Of a DNA stretch of 64,000 nt, positions 49,400 to 63,330 are shown piece after piece. Origin of the DNA: Azolla caroliniana (lineage: Eukaryota; Plantae; Polypodiophyta); contig JBHGNT010000013.1 in NCBI GenBank assembly GCA_043228905.1, forward strand, positions 14,632,001 through 14,696,000, given 5' to 3'. The stretch's first letter is position 1. Each line of letters begins with the position of its first letter. The position numbers were made by a program, and so were the translations under genes. The notes beneath the pieces are model-generated. The model was not told where the DNA came from and searched no databases. It saw nothing but the letters and a program-made list of their open reading frames with translations.

Positions 49400-51240
49400 T
49401 GTTTAGTCACACCTACTACACATCATTGGTCAATTCACCACAAAATTTTACCATCTAAATTTAACTTGGCCTCCACTTTACCCATTGTCACGAGACATCA
49501 ACAGATCCCCAAAATTTTAGCAATACATTTGATTTAGTATATGTTCCAGCATTGGCATCAATCTGATTTTGTTCTCATATGTTTTTACCCATTTCTCGAA
49601 TGATTTAGTCTGGAAGTATCAATATGGTTGGAACACTTCTAGGTTAGAAACAATCATGTGACTCGCTTGTTTATCCATACCTCAAGAGTGTGATGATTGA
49701 CTTGTGAACGATAAAATTGATAACCTATCAAAATTAAAAGAGATCTTTTGCCAACAACCCAATCAATGCTTTGTTGACATTTAAATCAATGGTTTGTCAA
49801 AGCACATCAACACTTTGTCGAAGTTCAGCAAATGTACAAGACTCAAACTCGTCAATGTATAACAAATGTCATGGATGAACCTATCAAGCAAGGTTCTAGA
49901 AGATTGATGCATCAATCGGATTGACCTAATAATATAGAGGAGAAAAGATATCCCTTGACATTGTACCAAGAAGTGAGTTCTGGAAAAGATTGATATAGAT
50001 CAGGATGCCAAATTTAAAGTAGAGAGCAATTATAGCACAATTATATAAGCAAGTTAGGAACCAACTGAAAATGGATGGTGGTTTCATGAACTACTTTTTG
50101 AGCAACACGGGGTTCAAGCAAGGGTGTCCACTCTCTCCCCCCACTCTTTTGGGCTCTGCATTGATAAACTTGAAGAAGTAATAAACAAGATTGTGAAAGA
50201 AGAATTATTGAATGGCCAAATCATGCATGAACTTACTCTTCTACGTGTATATGCTCATGATGTTTTTATTCTCACATACTTTGGATGATATGGAACGCTT
50301 GACGTATTGGATGCATTTTATCAAATCAAGAGATAATTGTTAATGTGGACAGACAAAAATAATGGCAATAAAGACAATACAACCAAGACATTATTCTACT
50401 TTTACATGCTAAAAGTAGTGCAAAGCTTCAAATATATTAATATTTGTAAATAATTAAATACCTAATTATAAAAGTGATTAGTATTGTAGTATGTAGTATT
50501 AGTGAAAAAACATTTATTTAGACTTTGATCTTTCTTACATGTTATATTTGAATATTCTTAAACCTTCCTTGAACCTTTGTTGTTTGTGGGATAGACATTC
50601 TAGAGCCTTCCATCAAAGTTAGTACTAATGTGGAAGATTAACCACCCTCTCCGAGAGGCGTAGCTTGAATGATTACAGGTGATGCCCACAAACATGTCCT
50701 ATCAAGTTAAAAAAGTCAAGAAGGGCTATAAGACATGTCAGATAGCTTGTTGGTATTATCATACATTTGGAAGTGCATGGCTTGACCCTTCTAACATTAA
50801 CAAAGCATAGATTATTCATTTACCATGTCAACATCCATCACATACTAACTGGCGATCAACTAATGGAGTAGTCCACATTGATGGTGATCAAGATTGAGCT
50901 TCATATATCAAAGCCTTAGTGAACTAGTTTGAGCATATCAACCTAGCACCTAGCATATGTTAGATTGTGCTAGAACTTCAAAGGATGGGAGATTTATCCC
51001 TCTTATTGTGGATCATAGCTTTATTCACACATCCAAGACAAAGTTGTTCCATAGGTTAGCAAGGAATTCCTATGATGATTAGTCACTCTTGCAAGTAAAG
51101 TTGATAAAGGGACCATTTAAAAGTTGTAGACTAAAGTTTTGATTGTAATTACTACTGCCACTTCATCTACAAGCATTGAGACAAGTTGAATTTGAGAATT
51201 GTGTCATGTAAAATAAGAGTTGGAAATGTGTGACACCCCA
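49400..51240 (+). mobile_element. Possible ancient gypsy integrase remnant flanking the RT fragment
   Basis: Weak frameshifted traces: a DPKF-like stretch near 49500 and GPFK near 51110. Confidence 0.3.
50000..50440 (+). mobile_element. Highly degenerate non-LTR RT fragment (RTE-like)
   Basis: KQGCPLSP..FGLCIDKLEE near 50110-50180 and YAHDV (YADD-like) near 50250, with frameshifts. Confidence 0.65.
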
Positions 51241-52066
51241 ATTTCATTAGGACACTTATTCATTTTGAATATTCATGATGTAATTCACATACATAGAGCT
51301 TACTTTACGTTTCTCTTTATTTTCTCACTTTTAACTTACACAATGGAGAACTGTTCCTATTTAGAGAGGGTTATATATGTCATTGATGGTCCATATGCAC
51401 AAATTGTGGTTTAATACAAAATGAAAAATACTATATAAAAAAACCCACGAAATAGAATTCAAATATACGTACTGCAGTGTACAGAGTATTTATATATAGA
51501 TAGACGTTTTTGGCAATAGAATTCAAATCTAATCTGGAAACCCACCACACTAATACAAACACAATCTTGTGCTGGAACCTGATGCACCACAATTAATGAC
51601 TACCAACATTTGAGTACAAGCAATAAAACTCAATATAGAAAAAGGTGAGGAGTTATAACCGTAAAGAAATGGAAGTATACACACTGCACAACTCCTTGAG
51701 CTTCCAATTCGGCAAAACTAAATGCACCATTGCAATTGAGATTTCATTATATTGTGGAAAACTCAAAAGCATGTGCAGACAGATTCTACATCAAGTATAT
51801 AAACAAATATTTACATTCTACATTCCACCGTAGCATGAAACGCATACACGTTTTCTAACATTATACTACAGAAACTATTTTCTAACATTCAGCAATGTCC
51901 ACACATGACACTATGCTACATGAAATAAGCGCATTTGATTTGGTTAAGTTCTTTCAGATGCATGCGTCCAATTTGAAACATACTTAGGATTCTCTCAATA
52001 ACCACATCTTCGTGAGCTATTCTGATCTTTTCTGAAATATGCTGTTCTGGTACATCTTAGCTGTCT

Positions 52067-54005
52067 TCATGAGCTATTCTGACAGCCATCTTCGTCATGA
52101 GCTATTTTGATCTCTTCCCGCTCTGTCCCAGCACGGCGGAACCACGTGTCAAAAGCTGCCACAAGATGAGGGCAGTCATCCACACTTCGTGTCGCAAAAC
52201 CAAGGCATTTTGTCAATAATTCTTGAGCATCCTTGAGTGGTAGGGTTGAAATAATGCGTAGAAATACATCTTCCAACTCCTGCAAAAGCTTTGGAGAAGA
52301 GGTAGCAGACGATGGGTTATCTCGAGACACAAGCACCACTGGCAACCAGCACTTCACAAGGTTTAACCTAACCTGCAAAAGACTCCCATATAGAAAAAAA
52401 GAATTCAAGAAATGGAATTTCCATTGCATAATTGAATAAAAGGACTCGAAGAGATGAAAGATTAAAATATTTGTTTTTATGCATTCTGGCTATTTTTTTT
52501 TAATAGTTTTTTTATTTAAAAGGATTCCAGAACAGTAGGCTGTATGAAAGTGTCATATGTATGGATACACGAATGGTTTTAAGCATATGACAATAGCCAT
52601 TGGGAGAAGCAAAGAATTGCCAAGCACATTTCAATTATTTTACAGCAATAAATTCTCAAATGTCTTTTGTTTTGATACATAAAAAAAGGAATTATTTGCA
52701 AGGTAAAACTCTGAAATAGCCACATGCATCAATGAATTATTTTCCCAAATGCCACTAGTAGATGCTAGAAAAGATCAATGAAGATGACAATAGCATTAAG
52801 GATATAATGTGTCAATGAATTTTCATGGAAAGTTGACAAACCTGACAAGATGCAATAATTGTTCCAGTAGAAACAGCAAGGGCAAGTCGCCAAGTGCACC
52901 GAAGAACAAGCGTAAGTAAACCAGGAGCAATGCTACGCCAAGCATCATCATTGAAAGCCCTTTGAAGATTCGCAGTAAAAACACTTTGTTCACTCCACTC
53001 TGTCACAGCGTTGTCAGCTACTTTCAATTCAATCATTCTCTCAACTAACCAAAGCAAATGCTTCCCATTCACTGATGCTGTATGTAAACTCATCCTTTGA
53101 AGAGCTTCTATCTCATCATGCCGCCCACGCACATTGGGACTTGAATATTCTTCAACTGAATCTTTCACTATTTTCAAACTATTTGCAAAAGCACCATCGA
53201 GCACAAGTTTTACTGTAGTTCGAGAGCCATGATCATTGAGAATCCTAGCTACAAATGACTTTACAGTTGCACCATTAGGATGGCTATGTGTGGCTGCATA
53301 GACTAACCCACCGAGCATATCTTCTACTACAGTTGTATTGACAGGAACAACCCTAGCAAGCAATTGCGCTGATTCTTTGAGTTGAAGCGTAGTGACCAAT
53401 TCTAAAACCTTTTTCTCTTCCTCTTTTGTCCATGGCACAGCTTCAAGATACTGAACACAAGCTGTTATACATTCATCATACAACCACTCAGCAGCTACTG
53501 GCAAGCACGACAATGCTGAGGGAACATCTTTTATAACTTGTTGGAAATCCTTGTGATAAAGTAGTTCTAACACTTGAAGATATGGATTGATGCTCCGGGA
53601 GGCAGGGACAGTAACATTGATATGCATTCTCATTTTATTATTCGGACCCTCAGAAAACTGTCTGGTTTCTTTCCATCGTTCAGATAGAACAGTAGCAAAG
53701 TATGGGCACTGATCCAGAACCTGAGAATGCAAGAATACTTTTGTACTGTTTAGGTTCAAATCAGTTGTTTCTGAATTATTACCGGACTCTGATTGATGTG
53801 GATGCAAGAAGAGCACTACGTTTGCCTCCACAGAATCATTGAACTGAATAGGGTCATTTGATGCAATCTTGGATTTAAAGTCATTCTGAAGATCTGTGTT
53901 ACTAGAGCCATTTTTTTGCTCAGTTGTGGAAGATGAGGGTCGATCCAAAACAGAGCATAAGCGACTGAAGCTACTGACTCGTGGTTTTTTCTTCACAGGA
54001 TGCAT
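52067..54005 (-). CDS. Plant BTB/POZ-domain protein; coding exons 54005-52842 and 52372-52067
   Basis: LHSQVLDQCPYFATVLSERW, CVQYLEAVPWTKEEEKKV, LLWLVERMIEL, WLPV, IISTLPLKDAQ, CPHLVAAFDTWFRR. In-frame GT-AG intron. A probable 5' UTR exon lies near 54800-55130. Confidence 0.88.
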
Positions 54006-55396
54006 ATCCAAGAGGCTTCCTGTTTAACACGGATTTTATCTAATGCATTGAAATCTTGTTCAATACTGAGTCTCATCAAGTGGATCTATTACTCATTTTA
54101 GCACAACATCTGCTGGCTGAAATTTTCATCAAGTTTTCCTGAAAATCAAAATCTGACAAGAAACTAAATATTAGTTTTTAGCATCCGAGATTAGAGTTAA
54201 AAACGTACACAGGAAGAAAATTTTTAACTTTTGATAAAGAAATAAAAAAACAAGCAATTCTCCACTAGAAATCAAAACCCTAAATTTTCTCAAATATATG
54301 ATGAAAATGAACAATCTCTCCCCAAAAAATCAGAATCATTAAGATCGGAAGGCTTCAATGCAATAAATTGCAGAAACGTCTCATATTATACATTAACAGA
54401 TGATCAGCCAGATGGCTATGTCATCATCCAGTACATTCCTGAAACACTTAAGGAAGGACAAGAAAACTCTGATCAACCAAAATAAACAATAAATTAAAAG
54501 AAGCATTCAAAGCAAAGACTGAATCCTCAGTTCCCAGAAGCTTCAGATACAGCCTGAACAGCAACGTGATCCAGATATGAACAAAATCCTGCATTATTAA
54601 ACATATTGAAACCCTGAAATGTCAAAATGAACCGGGGAAACCAAAATACATTTGGAATCGTTGGACACCACAAAATGTCTAGAATTCGTATCTTAGCAGA
54701 TGATCGATTGAGTGCACTATTCGTACATTACAACCATTAAGGACTTGGAAACCCTAATTTATTAAAGACAAGCACAAGCATTTCGAGCACAAGTGTCGAA
54801 AGCAATAGCTTCCGAAACCTTCTGGAAGCATGAAACACGAAAGAAGAAGAAGAAGAAGAAACGTCTCTTCGGGAAGAATTTCGTATGGAGATAACGGCCG
54901 TTTCGTCGCATGGGAATCCAAGAGCAAAGCAAAAAGGGAGAAAGATTGTGAAAACAGAAGGCAAGAGTACAAAGGTTTGGGGGGGGGGCGTACCTGGAAA
55001 CAAAGACGGGAGGCAAGGAACAGACTCAGAAGCAGAAGGAAGCGAAGCTCGGAATCGGCGGCGATGGCGATGGCGATGGCGATGGCGATGGAGACGAAAG
55101 AAAGACGGGCGACAGAGATGATCGATCACAGAACATTCCCGAAGACTTACTCTGCTTTCCGGCTACTTATGTAAATATGGAAAACCATCGATACACGAAT
55201 ATAAATATATATATATATACATTTAACATAATACATACATAGATATATGTATATATGTACATATGAGTTAACGAGATTCTAGAAGTTTCCACAAACCAGG
55301 GGTGTGCGTCTTCTCTGTGAGCTGGTTTTTATGATAACCAATGTGCCTCTTGTCCATGGTTTTCTCTCGTTGTGTCTACGTGTGCGTGCGTGTATG

Positions 55397-55960
55397 TTCT
55401 CGTAACACAAATGTTTATGGCACCGAGTCTAACCATTGTCTGCTCTCATAACACATATGTTTATTATGACACCTGGTCAAGCATTGTCTAGGTGCCATAA
55501 CAATATGTACATGCCCGCGCCCCACTCCGTGTCTGCCTTGTCGACTCTTTCTCGTAACGCGAATGTTTATGACCCCTAGTCAAGCATTGACTATTCTCAT
55601 AACACATATGTTTATGGCACCTAGTCAAGTATCGTTTGTTCTCCTAACACGGATGTTATGACACATACATAGTCGAGCATTGTTTGTTCTAATAACACGG
55701 ATATTTATGACACCTGATCGAGCATTTTCCTTGTGTCATAACAAGGATGGTATCACACCTAGTCAAGCATTGTCATGTGTCATGACAAGATGTTGTAACA
55801 CTTGCTACAACATTTTTATGGTGCATTGTGTCATCACAAGATGTTATAACACCTAGTCCATCATTTCATGGTGTCATAGTGTCATAAGTTGATCTTACAC
55901 TAATATATTTCATGGTGTCATAGTGTCATAGCATGACGTCATAACACTTGTCAACATTTC
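55397..55960. repeat. Diverged minisatellite of about 46 bp
   Basis: Recurring TAACAC.NATGTTTATGRCACCTAGTCAAGCATTG, about ten copies decaying to the right. Confidence 0.8.
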
Positions 55961-56379
55961 TTGGCATCATCATCAAGATTTTATGATGCCTTGTGTTTTG
56001 GTTATCTATTAAGCTCACTCTAATATTTATAGGTTCTTAAAGGCAAACAACAAAAGGAGACAAAAAGCTAGTCCTTGTTCACAAAGAAGTGTCAATCAAA
56101 AGTCATAGATATGGGATGGTGAAGACATGGTTGGATGCTCTTCTTAGTGTTCTCACTTCAATCTTAGCTAATAACGTTTCACTCTTTATTAAAACACTTG
56201 TTTTGCTACTCCTTAAAAGCTTTTAAACAAAACACTTGTTTATCTACCAAAAAAACAAGGAATATTCATCTATGCAAATCACTACAATCCAAGAATATTA
56301 GTTTACATATGCCCAATTCACTTCAAACTTAATTGATAACATTTCACTCCACAAATGGCTTCCACTACTTGTATAATTA

Positions 56380-56504
56380 CATATCACCATGTCTACACCA
56401 TAATCCTTCCAATCTACCCTAGTGAACTCAACCTTAGTATAGTTGCATATCACCACGTCAACACCACAATCCTTCCAATCTCCCTTGGTGAATCTAACCT
56501 TAGT
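56380..56504. repeat. 2 x about 66-bp tandem duplication
   Basis: CATATCACCAYGTC.ACACCAYAATCCTTCCAATCT.CC...GTGAA...AACCTTAGT twice. Confidence 0.8.
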
Positions 56505-56998
56505 GTTGACTAGTAGGGCATTTTATAGTATCATAACATGTTACCAATCAGTGTATCCAAAATGTCTTTACTAATTGGTCAACACCTATTGGAGCATTGT
56601 CAATGCATATCATTATCCTAAAGTCATACACGATTTCGACCATAATCAACAAAATAATTCACATCATTGTCGATTTTACAATGATGACGTCCACATAGCT
56701 CCATCATGTACTAATGTTGCTGCACGATTTTTTCATTTATATAGTCTTTCTCACAAGAACAGGGAATGGATTAGTCCATGGAAAAAAGTTTGATTTGCAA
56801 AGGTTTGTTTTACATGAATCATCACACATGAATTAAATAGTATCAAAAAATTGCTTTATTTTATTCTCAAAGACGATAAAGTGATTACAACATTTTTACA
56901 ACCACAACTAGTTTGGAACACAATTGCATCTCAAAAACGTTTGTGCACTCGTGCTACATTTACCTTATTTACATGGGAATGATTACTAAATATGTAAT

Positions 56999-59900
56999 TT
57001 ACATGGCATCCTCCTCTGATGGAGGATTATACAAAAACATCTGAATTTCTTGACTTGAATGGAGAGTGGAGGAAAAGACCTTGCTTCTCCACTTGTACAC
57101 CAAGAATATAATTAGTATTACAACAAAAAATGTCAAGATAAATATAACAAGCACTAGTTTTCCTGTTGCAATTGAATGCTTGTCACCTTGCATGCCTGGA
57201 AAAAAAGTTTTAAGACACCATAGATTTGAGAACATTTGTGAGTTCGCTTCTAAAGCTTCTCTCGAAACATTAGCAATATTACATTTCTGACCTGGTTCAC
57301 AAATACATGTGGTGGTGTCCCGAAGGTATTGATTGGGGGGGCATCCAGCACAATCACCTGAAATATCCCAAAAATTTCATTCTTTTAATACTACTCAGTC
57401 AATAGGCTGCAATTTGGAGAAGAGACATTTTTAAAATTACCATATTTTACGTGTTTCGAAAAATCTACACAAGTATAGAAATCTTGTGAACATCTTTTCT
57501 TGTCTTCTTGGTTAGTGTGTGTCAAGCAGTTGCCTTTATCTTCCAACAATCTTTATATAGAGGTGCAAAAAGATAGAACTAGCCGTTAGGGAACAATACC
57601 ACAGTATTTCCATTGGTGGGATACAAGTATAAATCTTACGTTGTATTTGAGCTCATCATGCGATTTCCAGAGAAGTAATTGCATTTGATGTCCCTTTTCA
57701 TTAAAGACACCAACAGATACATATAGTGAAAGAATTAAACAGAGGCAAATACTACATTTCACAAATTCATTACAAAAATTTGATGGTTTTCACACACTCA
57801 CACAAGCTTGGCATGTTTCAGGAATACTTTTTCGACACTCCCATAGAGTAGATTATGCTGCAAATCTCTGTTACAACAAGATATTTCATTGCCTCAAAAT
57901 CAACTTCATCATACTTTTGAAGCCATTGATTTACAAACTCTCAAGTAGGTAACATGTGCTTCATAGAAAATTCACAAAGTCTATCTCCTGCTTTTCTCTA
58001 GTGAACAAAGAAAGGATCCATCCAAAAATAATTGAAAATGCAACAAGTATTCTGCCACTTTTGAAAGGAATTCGTAAACACGAACAAGGGCAGAAATTAA
58101 TGGTATAATGAAAACACCATGATCATCTTTATTTTGAGGAAAAAGCTCAGGGATCGTGTATTTCTCCTTATTTTTCTATGGTATGCCAAACAAAGATAGT
58201 TCATGGATATGGCATATGATGTTTTTTTGAAACAAACCATCGATGAACCTAAGCATAATGATAAATTCTCACGGAAAGCTTGGGAAGTAGTTATTACTCA
58301 ACCATGTGATAAAAACAATTTAAATGCTTGAAAAAACAGCCTTCAAAGGTGCCCTCACATGAACTGAGATTAATATCGTTTAAACATGAACCGCATCACT
58401 TACAAGTGTTCCAAACTTGGTAGTGTTTGTGTCCAGAAAGGAAAGAATTTTGTGAGGTAGTTGTATTCCAGCCGTCTGCAAATCGACAAAATCAAAACTG
58501 GGATAAGATTTCCTTGATATAAAATAATGATACTAAACAAACTATTTGAAATTTTACAGGCTGCTTAAGTTTTTAAGATTGTTCCACGCCTCTGGAATTG
58601 TTCCTGAAAGCTGATTATCATATAGGTGCCTGCAAGACCAGCATACAACTACATTCTCATAGGTTTCTTTAGTTGGATGGAATTTCAAATGATTCATATT
58701 GCCTGGTGTGCCTCGCAAAGACAACAAAAACCTCGGCAGTCACAAGTGTATAGTATGGGTGGTAATGGACTTTGCTTACACATGAAAACCTTTGGCAGAA
58801 CATAAATCCAATTTGAAGAAGTTGTTTCTTCACCACATATGGGCGGTATGTAATTCAATTTTTTGCGTTATGGGATACAGGGATCCAAGAATTCTAATTG
58901 CTTCAAGAGAATCCAAAAATTGGAGAACTAATCATCCAGGCAGGTGATCAATGGAAAATGAAATTACCACACCAGTGCCTTAACAAGTAAGAGCATCAGT
59001 AAAAATGACAATGTATATCACCAAATAAATCTGAGGCGTCTATTCTAATACATCATAATGAGGCAAATTACATCTCACAGAAATTATAGCTTAGAATAAT
59101 TGTTGATATTTTAGCATTATGATTTATAATGATTCCTTACAAAAACTTGCAACACTACTGTAGTTTTAGTGGTGTGAATTGTGCCGTATAGAATGCACAT
59201 TCAGCCAAATGGAATGAATTTGAGATGCTTAATCCATCAAACCTTTGTACTAGAAAAAATATATGTGTTGAGTGTGGGATCAATCCGCCCTCCTTTCAAT
59301 GGAAAAACTTTTGCGAGTTTATTGACATAGTGGCATAATTAAAGGAGAATGTCAACGAAGAAAACAACCCAAAAAGGAAAGGGCATAAATAGAACTCATT
59401 CTTTAAAATAGCAGTCATATATCATAGAAGATGAATAAAGTTAGAAGGGAAGCTTACAACATCCTCATATTTAACAAGTTTCCAAACTCCGGCGGGAGGC
59501 CACCCCACAGATCACAGCCATGCATATTCCTCGAACAGTTGAGAGATTGCACAAATTAACCAGCACATTTAGAACAACTTCGAAGAAAAAAATTACTCAT
59601 CAGAGGAATGGGAATTCATGTTAGATGTTGGTGTTTACACTTGGAATGAGGTATAATGCTGACTTACAAAAGAAATCATTATCTATATGTACTCACAGAT
59701 AAGTTAAGTTTTTAAGTGTAGAGATTTCTATAGGTATGGAGGTGTTGATATCATTGTCCCACAAACTCCTGGAATGAAGCATATGAAACAAGAAAAAAAA
59801 ATTACAAAAAAAACGCCTAAGAGGAAAATACTGAAAAGCAAAAATGATTGCTGATTAAACTATAACTTACAACTCAGCCAAGCTTATCAAATTACCCAGC

Positions 59901-62900
59901 CCTTGAGGCAATGGTCCTTGAAGTGTGTTGTTCCCTAAAAAACTAGCATTGTAAAACGCCAAGCTTTAAATATGAAAATAATCACCCCCTACTTTGTCCA
60001 CTATACTTTTCTTAAAAATTATTCTAGTATAAGATACAAATCAAACATTTGTAAGTCATCTCCATAAATTATATATTGCATGGAAGCTTCACTGCCTATT
60101 ATGGTATTTCTAAGAATTCCACATGTTTTAGCACACTATGGTATCAAATGGAGATGGAAGTGAATTATGCTTTAGTCTGTGTATAGGAAAATACTTCGAA
60201 CATACTTTATCAAGATAAGCATGACCACTTATGTAATAGGAAGTGGTCTGAGGAAACAAATTGCAAAGAATTTAAGGTATGCATATGAAACCATAAAACA
60301 AAAATATGGTTGTTCACAAACTACATCAGCATAATAGGAATAATCATTGATTATTAATCAAGGAAAATAACATCTAAATATATATGTTCCATTTTTGGTA
60401 GATACATTTTATTACATTCTTAACCACTTACAGGAGTTGTAGCTTAGTGAGTCTTGTTAAACCAATTGGAAACAATCCTCTGACCCCTGCATTATCCAGC
60501 TTACTGCGAGAGAAGAAGAACTATGAAGTTATTTCAGATTCCAAAACAAATTTCAGTAGAAAAGAGGGTGAGAACTACAATCCCAAAAACATACAGATAG
60601 ATCAGGTTTGTCAATCTGAGAATAGATTCGGGAAATTCGGTGTTTAGATAGTTGAAGCTCATATTCCTGTAAAAATTGCATCAGATGTTTAACATAATAT
60701 AACTAGATTTTACGAAAAAGTGTTTTACAATTCCAAAGATTGTCAATGAGATACATCATACAATATCTGAAGTTTTTCCAAGTGCTGAATGGATGCCAAA
60801 TTCCCCGTTATATTGTTCCAAGGTCCAGAACTTGACTTCGAATTGCTCAAATCCAAAGAAATAAGAGCATCCAGGTGGCCTATTTCTTCAGGTATAGGTC
60901 CCTCAATACCTTGATTGCTCAGGTTTCTTCAGGAAATATTCAGGATTAATCTCAAAAATATGTATCAAAAGTATGGTACAAACATGCAAGACACTGCTGA
61001 AATCAAAAGCTGGATACAAAAACTGTAATCTTGTTTTAAACAATGAGGTTAACGTGAAGATCAAGTTTCAACACATAAAAGCTTTGCTGGCAATGAGCAA
61101 TGATCTCTACCCTACTATGCACGAGAACTTGAAGCTAGGCACAAATCGGTGTAAAACTTGAACAAATGAATGTAGTACAGGCATTTAACAACAAAAAGTA
61201 TCGTTAACCTTATAAAGATCAAGAAAGAACCATGATAAATACAACATATAGAAAAAACTCAAGTTGAGATCATCTTAATTTCAGTTGCCATGAATTGATG
61301 ACAAAAATGATAATATACTGGGAATTTGGATGAAGACATTTTCATGGGAATTTGAGAACCTGAATGATCTGTCACTCGAGGTCTCTCTGAGTAACGCCTT
61401 TGCTGGGTTGGTATTCGTGTTTCCTTGCAAGGATGTACTGCTGTTTGCATTTCTTAATAGTTTGGATGTTGTTCTAGCAGCCATATGGTGAAATGTTTGA
61501 TTCAGATTTTTATTTCCCAGCATATTGAGAATCCATTAGATAGGCATATAGAGTTACACTCACAGAGATGTACATGTGTCAACACAAACTTCTATTACAT
61601 ATAAGAGTAGCTCACAATGTCCTCCCATGCACTCACACCTTAGAGTTTAGATGGGATCTGGACTAATATAGTTAGCTGACACAGATAATAGTCACAGCAG
61701 CTGTATAAGAGAAAGAAGGTGGATATTTATATTCTGTGTTTGGCCTTATTGTCACATTAAATGTGCAAGTCAGTTGATAGTAGTGGGAATATTCCTTTTC
61801 TGTAAACCAACTTGTCATTTAATATGACCCTAGCTCTCTAGATATACACCTAGATAGTACTTATCATAAAATCAATGACACATACTTCATGACTAAGTAC
61901 GTCTTAACGTTGCCAACAGGGAATATTCTTCTAGTCAACCTAACTAGTCAATCCCATTTTACCCTATTTCACTTTTTCCTCCTTCACCTAAATAGTGGCC
62001 CCAACCTCAGGACCTTACGAATAGCTTGATTGTGGCTTTGTGCAGTTGACTTCATCCCAGCATTGGCCCCAAAGAGATTGTGTCACTCGAGAAGGTCGCT
62101 CCCAGCAATGTCATTACTCAGTTGCGATTCATATTTCCCAGGCAAAGTCATCCTTCAAGATCATGCAACTGTTTACCCTTTTATTGGGAAGGTGGGTCGA
62201 GAAGGTTGTCAATATTCTCTGAGATTTAGCCTCAAGTGAATCTTCTCTAAACTGACACAAAGCTTAACTAATTAAGACATACTTACTCAACCACAAAACT
62301 CACTAGACACTCTTTGATTGGTTAAAGAATAAGCAAATCTTAAGTAGGAAAAAGAGTCCCAATTCCGATTAATTAGTCATGCAATAATACAAGATTAAGC
62401 TCGAGAATTCAACAAAGCAAAATCTAGTCTAAGTGTAAAGAATGATGAAGAAACTTCAAAGAGTCACAAAAATTGAATTTTATACTTCTTACACCCCAAC
62501 ACTGTTTGGTTCCGTTAAGCCACAGTACATGCATAAACCTCAGCTATGAAAATGCCCTTCATGGGAAACTGCCCTATAGAAACCAAGCTAAATATAATCA
62601 AGGAAATCACAAAGTGATCCCACCAAAATGCAAGTGGGGATTTGGTAAAAATAAGCCAATGCATAAACGACTAGTTGTTGGGTAATGGAACGCAGACATT
62701 AAGAAAAATCGCAAATTTTGAGAAGGAAGACAATCGAGAAGGTATGATACTGGAATTTTTCGTGGTGTAAGACTAAAATATGTGTGTGTGTGCATCCAGT
62801 CCATTAATTTAGCCATCAAAAAAGCAAAACCAAAAACCTGAGCTTGGGTGACGTACAAGGAATTATATAATATATTACAGTATATACAAGTAAATCACGG

Positions 62901-63279
62901 TCTATGGTAGAATCACATGAAAACTCAACAAAAAGAGAAAATTGGCAAAAAAACTGAGTTAGAATGACTCACAGAGCGATAACTCGAAGGTCTTCATTGC
63001 AAACAACTCCTTCCCAGCCATGGCAAGGATCGTTTCCATTCCAAGTTGAGAGAGACGTATTGAGATTCCATTTCTGCTTCGCAGAGATCAAGGCTCTGCC
63101 TAGTGGACGAATGTATGCATTTAAAAGCATGGAAATGAATCCAAAAGAAAGTACGCTTGAGAAATCACGAGAGAGATAGAGAAGAATGGACCACGTCGCT
63201 TACCATCATCGCTGTCGTATGCAGAAATGGATTGAAGGCAGACGGGAGAGATCAAGAGGAAAATGAGAAGGAACTCCAT
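56999..63279 (-). CDS. Leucine-rich-repeat receptor-like protein: signal peptide, LRRNT, single-LRR exons, TM helix, short tail
   Basis: MEFLLIFLLISPVCLQSISA signal peptide. TWNGNDPCHGWEGVVC LRRNT (63099-62973). NLSNQGIEGPIPEEIGHLDAL and several LRR exons of about 72 bp between 60930 and 57800. TM LVLVIFILTFFVVILIIFLVY-KWRSK, then a stop at 56999. Some internal exons are uncertain. Confidence 0.85.
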
Positions 63280-63293
63280 AGCCCATAACAGAG

Positions 63294-63330
<37 letters not shown>

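Noticed and set aside
54737-55174. Cluster of 70-130 aa ORFs
   Set aside because: Low-complexity GAA and GCGATG repeats in the probable 5' UTR of the BTB gene.
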